Shown piece by piece: positions 30,825 to 47,911 of a DNA stretch of 56,062 nt. Made by a program: the position numbers and the translations under genes. The notes below the pieces were generated by a model, which ran no database searches, was not told the DNA's origin, and saw nothing but the letters and a program-made list of their open reading frames with translations. Positions within the stretch are counted from its first letter, which is position 1; each line of letters begins with the position of its first letter. The DNA comes from Pseudonocardiales bacterium. Lineage in GTDB: Bacteria > Actinomycetota > Actinomycetes > Mycobacteriales > Jatrophihabitantaceae. Location: contig JAVEEN010000117.1 of assembly GCA_030840445.1 (NCBI GenBank), positions 1 to 56,062 of the forward strand. The letters run 5' to 3'.

Positions 30825-33800
30825 GTGCATCTCAAGTCACTGACGCTGAAGGGTTTCAAGTCCTTCGCGTCGGCTACCACGCTCCGCTTCGAGCCCGGGA
30901 TCACGGCCGTCGTGGGACCGAACGGTTCCGGCAAGTCCAACGTGGTGGATGCCATCGCGTGGGTGCTGGGAGAACAGGGCGCCAAGGCCCTGCGCGGCGG
31001 CAAGATGGAAGACGTCATCTTCGCCGGTACGGCCGGCCGCCCGCCCCTCGGCCGTGCTGAGGTCACGCTGACCATCGACAACGCCGACAACGCGCTGCCC
31101 ATCGACTACACCGAGGTCTCGATCACCCGCCGGATGTTCCGCGACGGTGCCAGCGAGTACGAGATCAACGGCGAGGGTGCCCGGCTGCTGGATATCCAGG
31201 AGCTGTTGTCGGACTCCGGCATCGGTCGGGAGATGCACGTCATCGTCGGACAGGGTCAGCTCGATTCGATCCTGCAGGCCCGGCCCGAAGACCGGCGCGG
31301 CTTCATCGAAGAAGCGGCCGGCGTGTTGAAACACCGCAAGCGCAAAGAGAAGGCGCTGCGCAAGCTCGACGCCATGCAGGCGAACCTCACCCGGCTGACC
31401 GACCTGACCGGTGAACTGCGCCGTCAGCTCAAACCACTGGGCAAACAGGCCGAGGTGGCCCGGCGGGCGGCCGGCGTCCAGGCAGAGCTGCGGGATTCCC
31501 GGCTCCGGCTGCTGGCTGATGACCTCATCACCGCGCGCGGCACGCTCGAGGCGGAGGTGGCCGACGAGACCGCGATCCGGGCCCGCCGGGCCGAGGTCGA
31601 GGCCGCCCTGGGTAACGCCTCGTCGGCCGAGGCCGAGCTGGAGCGGGCGCTCGCGGCTGACGCACCCGCCGTGGCCGCGGCCCAGGAGGTGTTCTTCACA
31701 CTGTCGGCGCTACAGGAGCGATTCCGCGGAACGCAGAAGCTGGCCGCCGAGCGATTGCGGCACCTGTCGGAATTCGCCGAGGAGGAACGCCGCGGCCGCG
31801 ACCCGCAGGAATTGGAGAACGAGGCCGCCGCGATCCGCGAGCAGGAGGCGGAGCTCACGGCGGAGCTGGACGAGGCCCGGATGGCCCTGCAGCAGGCCGT
31901 GACCGATCGACAGCAAGGCGAGCGCGAGCTGGCAGACGCCGAGCGGGCGTTGGTGGCGGCGGCGCGGGCTGTCGCCGACCGGCGGGAGGGCCTGGCCAAA
32001 CTGGCGGGGCAGGTCAACGCGTTGCGCACTCGCGCCTCAGCCGGCGGCGATGAGATCGCCCGTATCGCGGCGTCGGCCGAGCAGGCCCGCGAACGGGCGA
32101 GCACCGCCGCAGCCGAGCTCGAGCACGCCCAGCGTGAGGTTGGCGCGCTCGATGAGGGCGAGGTGAACCTGGACAGTCGTCACGAGGCGGCCGTCGCGCG
32201 TCTGGAGCAGGCCTCGGCTCAGGTCGCGGACCTCGTGGAGGTCGAGCGCGCGGCCGAACGGGATCGATCGACCTGGTCGGCCCGCCGGGATGCCCTGGCC
32301 ATGGGACTGCTGCGCAAGGACGGCGCCGGTGCCCTGCTGGCGGCCGGATCACAACTGTCCGGTGTGCTCGGCTCGGTGGCCGCGCTGCTATCAGTGGAGC
32401 CGGGCCACGAGGCGGCACTCACCGCGGCGCTCGGTGCGATCGCGGATGCCGTGGCGGTGAGCTCGCCCGACGATGCCGCCGTCGCTCTGGAGCTACTCAA
32501 GTCCACCGACGCCGGTCAGGCCGGCCTGCTCATCTCCCAAGACGGCACCGACCGACCCAGGCCGGACCGCTCCGACTGGCCGGTGTTGCCGGCCGCCGCG
32601 CGGTGGGCGACGGATGTGGTGAATGCGCCGGGCGAACTCCGGCCCGCGCTCGAGCACGCCCTGGCCAAGGTTGCACTGGTCCCTGATCTCGGTGATGCAC
32701 AGCGGCTGGTCCGTCAGCATCCGGACATCCGTGCGGTCACCGCGGACGGCGATGTGCTCGGGTGTAACTGGGCCTTCGGCGGCTCTTCGTCGTCCCCGAG
32801 CGCGCTCGAGGTCCAGGCCGCGGTCGACGAAGCCGAACACAAGGCGGCGGAGGCGGGCCAGCGTTACGAGCGCGTGCACGCCGAGCTGATCTCGGCACGC
32901 GAAGCGGCGTCCCGCCTGGACTCCGAGGCCGCAGCGACTCTCGACGCGCTGAATGAGTCCGACGCCCGGCTCAACGCGGTTGCCGAACGTCTCGCGCAGT
33001 TGTCGCAGGCCGAGCGGTCGGCCACCGCCGAGGCTGAAAGGCTCGACCTGGCCCGGAACGCGGCTGGAGTGGCGCGCGACAAGGACCTGGCGGGTCTGGT
33101 CGATCTCGAGGAACGGCTCCGCTTGGCCGAGGCCGAACCGACCGAGGAGGACGAACCACCGGTCGAACTGCGTGACGCCCGGGCCGCTTCGGTCGCGGCC
33201 GCCCGGCAGGCCGAGATGGACGCCAGGCTCGCTGTACGCACCCAGGAGGAGCGGGTTCGGGCACTGTCCGGTCGCGCCGATTCCCTGCTTCGGGCGGCCG
33301 AGTCCGAACGTCAGGCCCGCACCCGGCAGGAGGCAGCGCGAGTCAAGCGGGCCCAGGGGGCGCGGGTGGCGGCAGCGGTCAACGAAGCCGCACTGACCGC
33401 ACTCAACCGACTGGAGGGGACGGCGGCCCGAGCGGGCACCCAGCGGGAAGCGGTGCAGCACGCGCGCCAGGAACGCGAAACCGCACTGTCCTCGGCGCGG
33501 GTTACCGTCAGGGAACTGGCCGCCGAGCTGGCCAAGCTGACCGACGCGGTGCACCGCGACGAGGTGGCCCGGGCCGAGCAACGACTGCGTATCGAGCAAC
33601 TTCTGGCCAGGGCGGTCGATGAATTCGGCGTAGCGGTCGAGGTGCTCATCAGCGACTACGGGCCCGACCAGCCGGTGCCGCCGTCCTCGCAGGAAACGGC
33701 GGAATACCAGCAAGCCGTCGAGCGCGGCGAGGACGTCATCGCGCCGCAACCGGGGCCCTTCGACCGTCCGTCGCAGGAGAAACGGGCGGCCCGGGCCGAG

Positions 33801-34484
33801 CGGGACCTCGCCCTGCTAGGCCGGGTGAACCCGCTGGCCCTGGAAGAGTTCGCCGCGCTGGAGGAACGCCACCAGTTCCTGGCCACCCAGCTCGAGGATC
33901 TGAAGAACACCCGTCGCGACCTCCTGACTGTTATCAAGGAAGTCGACGACCGGATCCTGGAGGTCTTCACCGCCGCCTATCGCGATGTCGAACGCGAGTT
34001 CGAGGTCGTGTTCCGCACCCTCTTTCCGGGTGGTGAAGGGAGGTTGTTGCTGACCGAGCCTGATGACATGTTGCTGACCGGTATCGAGATCGAGGCGCGT
34101 CCGCCGGGCAAGAAGGTCAAGCGGCTCTCGCTGTTGTCCGGTGGCGAGCGCTCGCTGACGGCCGTGGCGCTCTTGGTCGCCATCTTCCGCGCGCGACCGA
34201 GCCCCTTCTACGTGCTGGACGAGATCGAGGCCGCCTTGGACGACGTGAACCTTGGACGGTTGGTGGGACTGATCGGTGAGTTGCGCGCCAGCAGCCAAAT
34301 CATCGTCATCACCCACCAGAAGCGCACCATGGAGGTTGCCGACGCGCTGTACGGCGTAACCATGCGCGGCGATGGCATCACCCAGGTGATCAGCCAGCGG
34401 CTGCGTGACGACACCGATGAACCGGTCAGCGTGGGCGGAGACAGCGTGGGCGGAGACAGCGCGGGCGGAGACAGCGCGGGCTGA
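30825..34484 (+). CDS. smc: chromosome segregation protein SMC
   Basis: GPNGSGKSN, LSGGE, VLDEIEAALD, long coiled coils and hinge. Confidence 0.97.
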   Translation: MHLKSLTLKGFKSFASATTLRFEPGITAVVGPNGSGKSNVVDAIAWVLGEQGAKALRGGKMEDVIFAGTAGRPPLGRAEVTLTIDNADNALPIDYTEVSITRRMFRDGASEYEINGEGARLLDIQELLSDSGIGREMHVIVGQGQLDSILQARPEDRRGFIEEAAGVLKHRKRKEKALRKLDAMQANLTRLTDLTGELRRQLKPLGKQAEVARRAAGVQAELRDSRLRLLADDLITARGTLEAEVADETAIRARRAEVEAALGNASSAEAELERALAADAPAVAAAQEVFFTLSALQERFRGTQKLAAERLRHLSEFAEEERRGRDPQELENEAAAIREQEAELTAELDEARMALQQAVTDRQQGERELADAERALVAAARAVADRREGLAKLAGQVNALRTRASAGGDEIARIAASAEQARERASTAAAELEHAQREVGALDEGEVNLDSRHEAAVARLEQASAQVADLVEVERAAERDRSTWSARRDALAMGLLRKDGAGALLAAGSQLSGVLGSVAALLSVEPGHEAALTAALGAIADAVAVSSPDDAAVALELLKSTDAGQAGLLISQDGTDRPRPDRSDWPVLPAAARWATDVVNAPGELRPALEHALAKVALVPDLGDAQRLVRQHPDIRAVTADGDVLGCNWAFGGSSSSPSALEVQAAVDEAEHKAAEAGQRYERVHAELISAREAASRLDSEAAATLDALNESDARLNAVAERLAQLSQAERSATAEAERLDLARNAAGVARDKDLAGLVDLEERLRLAEAEPTEEDEPPVELRDARAASVAAARQAEMDARLAVRTQEERVRALSGRADSLLRAAESERQARTRQEAARVKRAQGARVAAAVNEAALTALNRLEGTAARAGTQREAVQHARQERETALSSARVTVRELAAELAKLTDAVHRDEVARAEQRLRIEQLLARAVDEFGVAVEVLISDYGPDQPVPPSSQETAEYQQAVERGEDVIAPQPGPFDRPSQEKRAARAERDLALLGRVNPLALEEFAALEERHQFLATQLEDLKNTRRDLLTVIKEVDDRILEVFTAAYRDVEREFEVVFRTLFPGGEGRLLLTEPDDMLLTGIEIEARPPGKKVKRLSLLSGGERSLTAVALLVAIFRARPSPFYVLDEIEAALDDVNLGRLVGLIGELRASSQIIVITHQKRTMEVADALYGVTMRGDGITQVISQRLRDDTDEPVSVGGDSVGGDSAGGDSAG

Positions 34485-34508
34485 GACAGCGCGGGCTGAG
34501 ACAGCGCG
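34427..34508. repeat. 15-bp tandem repeat x5.5 spanning the smc stop codon
   Basis: cagcg(t/c)gggc(g/t)gaga units. Confidence 0.9.
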
Positions 34509-34570
34509 CTGGCAGCGCGGCCGCAAGTTGAGGAATCGGGCCTTCAGGTTGAGCAGGTACCGTTCGTGGC

Positions 34571-35542
34571 GTGTTACGTCGAATAGTGCTGCTCGCGACC
34601 GCCGCCCTACCGGTATTGCTACTGGCGGCCGCCTGCACGCCAGCCCCCAGCCCGTCCGCTCCGGCGGGCAGCGCGTCTTCGAGCGCGTCCGGCGGTGGCA
34701 CAGCCAGTTCGTCGGCGTCCGCCGCGGTGAAGCCGACTCCGACCAAGAAGCCGGTGCCCACCAAGAAGGTGCACGTCTCGCTGTTGGAGAACGACGGCGC
34801 CACTTATGGCGTCGGGATGCCCATCATCGCGTGGTTCAATCGCGCCCCGACCAATGCCAAGGCCTTCGCCGCGGCAACCATCGTGACGGTGAACGGGTCC
34901 AAGGTCAGCGGTGGTTGGTACTTCGAAAGCACCGCGCACTCCGGATCGGCGTTGGAGGCACACTACCGACCGGCCACCTACTGGCCGGCGCACGCCAAGA
35001 TCGAGATGAACCTGCCCGTGCAGGGCCTGAGCGCAGGTCCCGGGCTGTCCTTCGACAACAGCCTGACGCTGTCGATCTCGACCGGCGCCGCGAATATCCT
35101 GACCGTCGACGCGCACGCCCTGAAGATGACCGTGAAGACGGACAACAAACTCTATGGCACCTACGCGGTGTCGCTGGGCGCGAACAACACGCCGACGGCC
35201 CGCGGCACCAAGGTGATCATGGAGAAGGGTGCCGACATCTCGATGCGCGGACCCGGTTACTACGACGCGCACGTGCAATGGACCCAACGGCTCACCTACG
35301 GCGGCGAGTATCTGCACTCTGCGCCTTGGAATATCGCCAATCTGGGGGTACGCAGCACCTCGAACGGGTGCACCAACCTCTCGCCCGCGGTGGCCAAGAA
35401 GCTGTTCGGGTTCCTCAAGATCGGCGATGTGGTCAACTATCCGAACGCCAACGGGCCCGCCATGCAGCTGGGTCAGGGCTATGGCGATTGGAATGTGCCG
35501 TGGGCGAGCTGGCTCACCGGTGGTGCGCTCAAGACCAGCTGA
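34571..35542 (+). CDS. L,D-transpeptidase lipoprotein (Ig-like plus YkuD domain)
   Basis: Lipobox-like LAAAC, YGVGMPI, YRPATYWP, LHSAPW..TSNGCTN. Confidence 0.9.
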   Translation: MLRRIVLLATAALPVLLLAAACTPAPSPSAPAGSASSSASGGGTASSSASAAVKPTPTKKPVPTKKVHVSLLENDGATYGVGMPIIAWFNRAPTNAKAFAAATIVTVNGSKVSGGWYFESTAHSGSALEAHYRPATYWPAHAKIEMNLPVQGLSAGPGLSFDNSLTLSISTGAANILTVDAHALKMTVKTDNKLYGTYAVSLGANNTPTARGTKVIMEKGADISMRGPGYYDAHVQWTQRLTYGGEYLHSAPWNIANLGVRSTSNGCTNLSPAVAKKLFGFLKIGDVVNYPNANGPAMQLGQGYGDWNVPWASWLTGGALKTS

Positions 35543-35601
35543 GCCGTCCGGCGCAGATCATTGATTTCGTGGCTGATGCCGACTGCTGAGAGGATGGCCC
35601 G

Positions 35602-36780
35602 GTGCTTGCCATCATCGTGACCGTCGTGGTTCTGCTCGTCCTCGCCGCCGTCCTCGTCGTCGGCTTCGTCGTTCCCAGAGTCAGGCGGGGCCGCGGCGAG
35701 CTGCCGCCTCCGCCGGTCCGGTCGACCGGGGGTACCGCAACCAAGCCTCCGGTCGAGAGTGCAGCACCAGCGCCGCCCGAACTCTCCGTTGCGCCGGCAC
35801 CTCCAGCGGTTGAGACCGCACCGCCGGGACCGGTGCTCGACGTGCCGGAGCCGACCGCCGGCCGGATGCAGCGTCTTCGCGCCCGGCTGGCCCGCTCACA
35901 GACCTCGCTCGGCCGAGGCCTGCTCTCCGTGCTGTCTCGGGACAAGCTCGACGACGACGCCTGGGACGAGATCGAAGAGGCGCTGCTGACGGCGGACGTC
36001 GGCCTGAAATCCACCACCGAGATCGTCGACCGGCTCCGTACCCGCACCCAGATCCTCGGCACCCGCAGCCAGGGGGAGCTGCGGGCACTGCTGAGCGAGG
36101 AGCTGGTCACGGCGCTCCGACCTGAACTGGATCGCACCCTGCACACCGTCCCCACCGGCAGCGGCCCGGCGGTGGTGATGGTGGTCGGCGTGAACGGCAC
36201 CGGCAAGACGACGACCTGCGGAAAACTGGCTCGGGTACTGGTCGCCGACGGTCGTACGGTGCTGCTCGGAGCGGCGGATACGTTCCGGGCCGCGGCGGCC
36301 GATCAACTGCAGACCTGGGGCGCCCGGGTCGGCGCGGAGACGATTCGCGGCCCGGAAGGCGGTGACCCGGCCAGCGTCGCCTTCGAGGCCGTCAAGGCCG
36401 GTAAAGAAGCGGGCGTCGACGCGGTACTGATCGACACAGCCGGGCGATTGCACACCAAAGTCGGCCTGATGGACGAACTGGGCAAGGTCAAACGGGTAGT
36501 GGAGAAGCACGGCCCGATCGATGAAACCCTGCTGGTCCTCGACGCCACCACGGGCCAGAACGGGTTGACTCAGGCGCGGGTATTTCTTGAGGTCGCCGAG
36601 GTCACCGGGGTGGTCCTGACCAAGCTGGACGGCACCGCCAAGGGCGGCATCGTGATCAGTGTGCAGGCCGAACTGGGCGTTCCGGTCAAGCTCATCGGCC
36701 TGGGGGAGGGCGTCGATGACCTCGCGCCGTTCGATCCAGAGCAGTTCGTCGATGCGTTGCTCGGCGACGTCGTCGGCTGA
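35602..36780 (+). CDS. ftsY: SRP receptor FtsY
   Basis: N-terminal TM, GVNGTGKTT, DTFRAAA, DTAGR, TKLDGTAKGG. Confidence 0.97.
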   Translation: MLAIIVTVVVLLVLAAVLVVGFVVPRVRRGRGELPPPPVRSTGGTATKPPVESAAPAPPELSVAPAPPAVETAPPGPVLDVPEPTAGRMQRLRARLARSQTSLGRGLLSVLSRDKLDDDAWDEIEEALLTADVGLKSTTEIVDRLRTRTQILGTRSQGELRALLSEELVTALRPELDRTLHTVPTGSGPAVVMVVGVNGTGKTTTCGKLARVLVADGRTVLLGAADTFRAAAADQLQTWGARVGAETIRGPEGGDPASVAFEAVKAGKEAGVDAVLIDTAGRLHTKVGLMDELGKVKRVVEKHGPIDETLLVLDATTGQNGLTQARVFLEVAEVTGVVLTKLDGTAKGGIVISVQAELGVPVKLIGLGEGVDDLAPFDPEQFVDALLGDVVG

Positions 36781-36810
36781 TCGATCGCGCAGCGGAGAGG
36801 ACCGGAGTAC

Positions 36811-37842
36811 GTGAAGGCGCTTTTCAAGTCCGGGCCGCACCCCGGGTTCGAGTTGGTCGATCGCCCCGAACCGGAGCCGGCCGATGCCGAGGTGAAGATC
36901 CGGGTGCTCCGGACCGGTCTGTGTGGCACGGATCTGCACATCGAGTCCTGGGACGCCTGGGCGCAGAGTGAGATCAAGACGCCGCTTATTCCCGGTCACG
37001 AGTTCTTCGGCGAGGTCGTCGAGGTCGGTGATGCCGTGCGCGATGTCCGCGTCGGAGACCGGGTTTCAGGGGAGGGCCACATCGTCTGCGGTATCTGCCG
37101 CAACTGCCGGGCCGGCCGTCGCCAGATGTGTATTCGAACGTTGAGCGTGGGCGTACACCGCGACGGTGCCTTTGCCGAGTACGTCGTGCTGCCCGAGAGC
37201 AACGTCTGGGTGCATCCACAGGACATCGATCCCGACCTGGGCGCCATTTTCGACCCGTTCGGCAATGCGGTGCACACCGCGCTGAGTTTTCCGATGACCG
37301 GCGAGGACGTGCTGATTACCGGTGCCGGACCGATCGGCCTGATGGCCGCGGCGGTGGCTCGCCACATCGGCGCCCGGTTCGTGGTCGTCACCGACGTCAG
37401 CCAACCGCGACTGGCCTTGGCCCGTGGGCTCGGCGTCGACCTTGCCGTCGACGTTTCCTCGTCCTCGATCGCCGAGGCCCAAGCTGCCCTCGGGATGCGT
37501 GAGGGCTTCGATATCGGCCTGGAGATGTCCGGACATCCGAGCGCCCTGCCGCAGATGATCGCCAACATGAACCACGGTGGACGGATCGCCGTGCTGGGGC
37601 TGCCCAGCCAGCAGATCAGTCTCGACTGGGCGAAGGTCGTCACTCATATGTTGACGATCAAAGGGATCTACGGCCGGGAGATGTTCGAGACCTGGTACGC
37701 GATGAGCGCGATGCTGAAGTCCGGGCTCGACATCTCGTCGGTCATCACCGACCGGTTCGCGGCCGCAGACTGGGCAACCGGCTTCGCCACCGCGCGGTCC
37801 GCTGTAGGCGGCAAGGTGGTCCTCGACTGGACCGACCTCTGA
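36811..37842 (+). CDS. tdh: L-threonine 3-dehydrogenase
   Basis: [39 protein letters not shown]. Confidence 0.95.
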   Translation: MKALFKSGPHPGFELVDRPEPEPADAEVKIRVLRTGLCGTDLHIESWDAWAQSEIKTPLIPGHEFFGEVVEVGDAVRDVRVGDRVSGEGHIVCGICRNCRAGRRQMCIRTLSVGVHRDGAFAEYVVLPESNVWVHPQDIDPDLGAIFDPFGNAVHTALSFPMTGEDVLITGAGPIGLMAAAVARHIGARFVVVTDVSQPRLALARGLGVDLAVDVSSSSIAEAQAALGMREGFDIGLEMSGHPSALPQMIANMNHGGRIAVLGLPSQQISLDWAKVVTHMLTIKGIYGREMFETWYAMSAMLKSGLDISSVITDRFAAADWATGFATARSAVGGKVVLDWTDL

Positions 37843-37860
37843 GGACCTGACCTCGACCGA

Positions 37861-37909
37861 CAGGGCACGACTGGGCACGACTGGGTAGGACATGCTACGA
37901 CAGGCACGA
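37861..37909. repeat. degenerate 10-bp tandem repeat between tdh and kbl
   Basis: cagggcacga ctgggcacga ctgggtagga catgctacga caggcacga. Confidence 0.65.
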
Positions 37910-37938
37910 TCGCCTCGCCCCCCGAAGGAGAATCCGCA

Positions 37939-39120
37939 ATGTACGGCAGCATGCAGGAGCAACTGCGAAGCACCCTGGACGAGATCCGGGCGGCGGGACT
38001 GTACAAGCACGAGCGCCAGATCTCCTCGGCGCAGTCGGCGCACATCACGGCGTCCGGTAAGCGGGTTCTGAACTTCTGCGCCAACAACTATCTCGGCCTC
38101 GCCGATCATCCGGACATCGAGGCGGCCGCCAAGAAGGCCATCGATGATTGGGGATTCGGCCTGGCCAGCGTCCGTTTCATCTGCGGCACGCAGACTTTGC
38201 ACATCGAGCTGGAGCGCGCTGTATCCAGCTTCCTGAATACTGAGGCCACCATCCTCTACTCCTCCTGTTTCGATGCCAACGGCGGCGTGTTCGAGACGCT
38301 GTTCGGAGCCGAGGACGCGATCATCTCCGACGAGTTGAACCACGCCTCGATCATCGACGGCATCCGGTTGTCCAAGGCGAAGCGGCTGAGATACCGCAAC
38401 CGGGATATGGCCGATCTGGAAACCCAGCTGGTGGCCGCCGCCGGCGCCCGGCAGCGGGTGATCGTCACCGACGGGGTGTTCTCGATGGACGGCTATCTCG
38501 CGCCGTTGGCCGAGATCTGTGATCTGGCCGAGCGGTACCAGGCCCTGGTCATGGTCGACGACTCACACGCGGTCGGTTTTCTCGGCGCGAACGGCCGGGG
38601 TACGCCGGAGCTGGCCGGCGTGGGGCATCGGATCGACATCTACACCGGTACCTTCGGCAAGGCCTTGGGGGGTGCCTCAGGTGGCTACGTCAGCGCCCGG
38701 GCCGAGATCGTGGAATTGCTTCGGCAGCGCTCCCGGCCGTACCTGTTCTCCAACACGGTGGCTCCCGCGGTGGTGGCCGGTACCCTGGCTGCCCTGCAGC
38801 TGGTCGAGCACAGCAGCGCGGGCCGGCAGGCCTTACGCCGTAACGCCGAACTGTTCCGGCGACGGATGACCGAGGAGGGTTTCGACCTGCTGGATGGCGA
38901 GCACCCGATCGTCCCGGTCATGTTCGGCGACGCCGCCCGCGCGGCCAGGGTCGCCGAGGCCATGCTGGAGCAGGACGTGTACGTCGTCGCATTCAGCTAC
39001 CCCGTCGTTCCGCAGGGCAAGGCGAGAATCCGGGTTCAGCTGTCGGCGGCCCATTCGGTCGAGGACGTCGAAACCTGCGTGCGGGCCTTCAGAACGGCGC
39101 GCCTGAAGGTAACCGACTGA
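37939..39120 (+). CDS. kbl: glycine C-acetyltransferase (2-amino-3-ketobutyrate CoA ligase)
   Basis: [44 protein letters not shown]; SD gaaggag. Confidence 0.95.
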   Translation: MYGSMQEQLRSTLDEIRAAGLYKHERQISSAQSAHITASGKRVLNFCANNYLGLADHPDIEAAAKKAIDDWGFGLASVRFICGTQTLHIELERAVSSFLNTEATILYSSCFDANGGVFETLFGAEDAIISDELNHASIIDGIRLSKAKRLRYRNRDMADLETQLVAAAGARQRVIVTDGVFSMDGYLAPLAEICDLAERYQALVMVDDSHAVGFLGANGRGTPELAGVGHRIDIYTGTFGKALGGASGGYVSARAEIVELLRQRSRPYLFSNTVAPAVVAGTLAALQLVEHSSAGRQALRRNAELFRRRMTEEGFDLLDGEHPIVPVMFGDAARAARVAEAMLEQDVYVVAFSYPVVPQGKARIRVQLSAAHSVEDVETCVRAFRTARLKVTD

Positions 39121-39147
39121 GACCAGGTCGCTCGTGGTCCGACAACG

Positions 39148-40611
39148 TCATGACCAGTTGAATGCCTTGATGCCGCCGCTCATGGTGCCGATGAAGATGG
39201 CGTTGTCATAGAGCGCGGGAGTGGCGAACCTGTTCACCGAACCGACCGCGAAGGTGCGCCGGTCCGCGCCGGTGGCGGGATTCATCATGTGCAGGACACC
39301 GGCCCCGGTGTCCAGAGCCCACAGTTGGCCGCCACCGACAACAGGGGAGCCCTTGATGGAACCGGCGGCGTGCCAGAGCACGGTCATCTTCCCGTTGGAC
39401 TCGATGCGCACCGCGCGAAGGCCGTCGTCGCACGGAACGTAGATGACATTGCCGACTACTGCAGTGCCGCCGAAGGAACGGCACAGCGGCGCCGAGGACA
39501 CCTCCCCGCCGATCCCGCCCAGGTGCGCGCGGTTCAGTACGTAGCCGGTTCCGGACTTGCCGGCGATGAACACCCAGTTTCCGACGATGGCCGGCCCCTG
39601 GCTGCCCAGATCGAGATCGCTGGCATTGTCAGCACGCCAGCCCTGCGGCGAGAAGGAGTCGGCGATTCGTTCGAATGAGAGCTTGAGGACCGAGTCGCTG
39701 AAATCGTAGTTTCCGGTGCCCGCGGTAGCGCCGTTGCCGACCGCGACCAGCAGACCACCGCCGGGGTTCTCCGATGGTCCGGGTGGCGTCCAGATACCGG
39801 CTTCCCGCGAGGTGGGGACCGTGAAGTGCCATAGCCGCGCACTGGATGGCTTGTCCAGGTCCAGGCCCACGACACTGCCGCGGTAGGTGCTGCAGTCACC
39901 AGCCAATCCGCCATAGGGAACGTAAACCCGTCGGGCCGACACCAGCAGGGCGCCTCGTTGCTGCATCGCCTGGGCGGTGATACCGCCGACCGTGCTGGGC
40001 ACATCGACGTTGCGGAACCACCGCTGCTTTCCGGTCGCCGGGTCCAGGCCGACGGCGACGTGCCGGAACGGGTTGGCCAGGAAGGCCACCACGATGAGCG
40101 TCCGGGTCGCCGCATCGTAGGCAGGTGTTCCGGTGATGCCGGTCGGATCGATGTTGCCGCAGGGCAGCGACGATCGCGGCACCGGGGCGCCGAGGTGGTT
40201 GCGCCAGATCACTGTGTTGCCCGCGACCCGGTACACCGAGTTGTTCTCGGTGGCCACGATCTTCACACCGCCGGCGACGATGACCGGCGAGCCGTACACA
40301 GCGCCGTCGAGCGGAATCGACCAGACCTGGCTGGGAACCGTGGTCACTGTCTTGAGCGAGGGCGCGTAGCCACTCCGCGTGCCGTTGCCGTGATAGGTCG
40401 GCCAATCGGCGACAACGCGTGCCGCGGTGGCAGTTGTGGCGGCCATCGGCCTGGCAGCGGTCGTGCCCGCCGCGGTTGGCCGGACCGCCGCCTGGGCTGC
40501 ACCGTGCCCGGCCAAACCCGCCACCAACGTGGCCAGCAGGGCCAGCGGAAGCATCAGGCCGCTTATCCTGCGGGTGACCGAAAGCTGTCGTCCAGGAAAG
40601 TCCGTGAGCAT
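39148..40611 (-). CDS. secreted PQQ-like beta-propeller protein
   Basis: Signal-like N-terminus, DWPTYHGNGTRSG, repeated W/G-SP blades, LDPATG..RW; start could be 40554. Confidence 0.75.
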   Translation of the reverse strand: MLTDFPGRQLSVTRRISGLMLPLALLATLVAGLAGHGAAQAAVRPTAAGTTAARPMAATTATAARVVADWPTYHGNGTRSGYAPSLKTVTTVPSQVWSIPLDGAVYGSPVIVAGGVKIVATENNSVYRVAGNTVIWRNHLGAPVPRSSLPCGNIDPTGITGTPAYDAATRTLIVVAFLANPFRHVAVGLDPATGKQRWFRNVDVPSTVGGITAQAMQQRGALLVSARRVYVPYGGLAGDCSTYRGSVVGLDLDKPSSARLWHFTVPTSREAGIWTPPGPSENPGGGLLVAVGNGATAGTGNYDFSDSVLKLSFERIADSFSPQGWRADNASDLDLGSQGPAIVGNWVFIAGKSGTGYVLNRAHLGGIGGEVSSAPLCRSFGGTAVVGNVIYVPCDDGLRAVRIESNGKMTVLWHAAGSIKGSPVVGGGQLWALDTGAGVLHMMNPATGADRRTFAVGSVNRFATPALYDNAIFIGTMSGGIKAFNWS

Positions 40612-40655
40612 TGCCCTATTCTCGACCCATTGCGACAAATGCGATAGCGGACCCG

Positions 40656-41030
40656 TCAGACTCCCGGGGCGAGACCCATGTCCTGATAGATGCCGAGCGG
40701 GTTGCCCCACGGATCGGTCAGGTTGGCGAAGGTGACCAGACCGGGCAGGCGCCGCACCAGGCCTGGTTCGAAACCCTTCTCCTGCAGGATCTTCACCGAG
40801 GTCTCGATGTCGTCCACCTTCAGTCTCAGCCGGAACGAGGATGGCGCGATCTCCTCCCGCCCGGTCGCCAGTTGCAGCCAGGCTCCGGGGGAGATCTCCC
40901 ACTCGTAGAAGTCCGGATCCGGCCCCATGTCGGGATCGCGGCCGATGAGCGCACAGTAGAAGGCCAGCGCCGCTTCACGGTCGCCGACGTGAATCGCTAT
41001 CGTCAGGCCGCGCACACTCATCTCAGTCAT
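40656..41030 (-). CDS. VOC/glyoxalase family protein
   Basis: IHVGD..A.AFY..LIG, VDDIE, DPWGN. Confidence 0.85.
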   Translation of the reverse strand: MTEMSVRGLTIAIHVGDREAALAFYCALIGRDPDMGPDPDFYEWEISPGAWLQLATGREEIAPSSFRLRLKVDDIETSVKILQEKGFEPGLVRRLPGLVTFANLTDPWGNPLGIYQDMGLAPGV

Positions 41031-41055
41031 AGCGCGACCCTAATCCATGCCGTTG

Positions 41056-43545
<2,490 letters not shown>

Positions 43546-43619
43546 TGCGCCAACGTTACCCAGTGACAGCCCGGTGCATCCGGACATCTCCGGCGTGATC
43601 ACGGTCGCAGTCGGCATCG

Positions 43620-43658
43620 TTAATGCATTCGAAACATGTGAGGTTGCTTTGCCGAAAC
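43620..43658 (+). promoter_or_regulatory. probable GlnR binding site upstream of amt
   Basis: TTAAT-n6-GAAAC-n7-GTTGC-n6-GAAAC, similar to the GlnR a/b-site pattern (gTnAc-n6-GaAAc). Confidence 0.65.
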
Positions 43659-43734
43659 AGGCGACCGCCAGTCTCTGGCTACGTTTCGAGGCAACGGGGC
43701 CTTCGACAATCCCACCAACGAAGGAGACGCAAGG

Positions 43735-47844
<4,110 letters not shown>

Positions 47845-47875
47845 CGAGGCTCGCATCGGGTCTCACCGACGGGCC

Positions 47876-47905
47876 TTGACCGACCGGTCGGTCGGACCCT
47901 AGATT
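47876..47905 (+). promoter_or_regulatory. SigA-type promoter with embedded perfect palindromic operator
   Basis: TTGACC(47876)-18 bp-TAGATT(47900); palindrome gaccgaccggtcggtc 47878-47893; ATG 6 nt after the -10. Confidence 0.8.
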
Positions 47906-47911
47906 CGAGGG

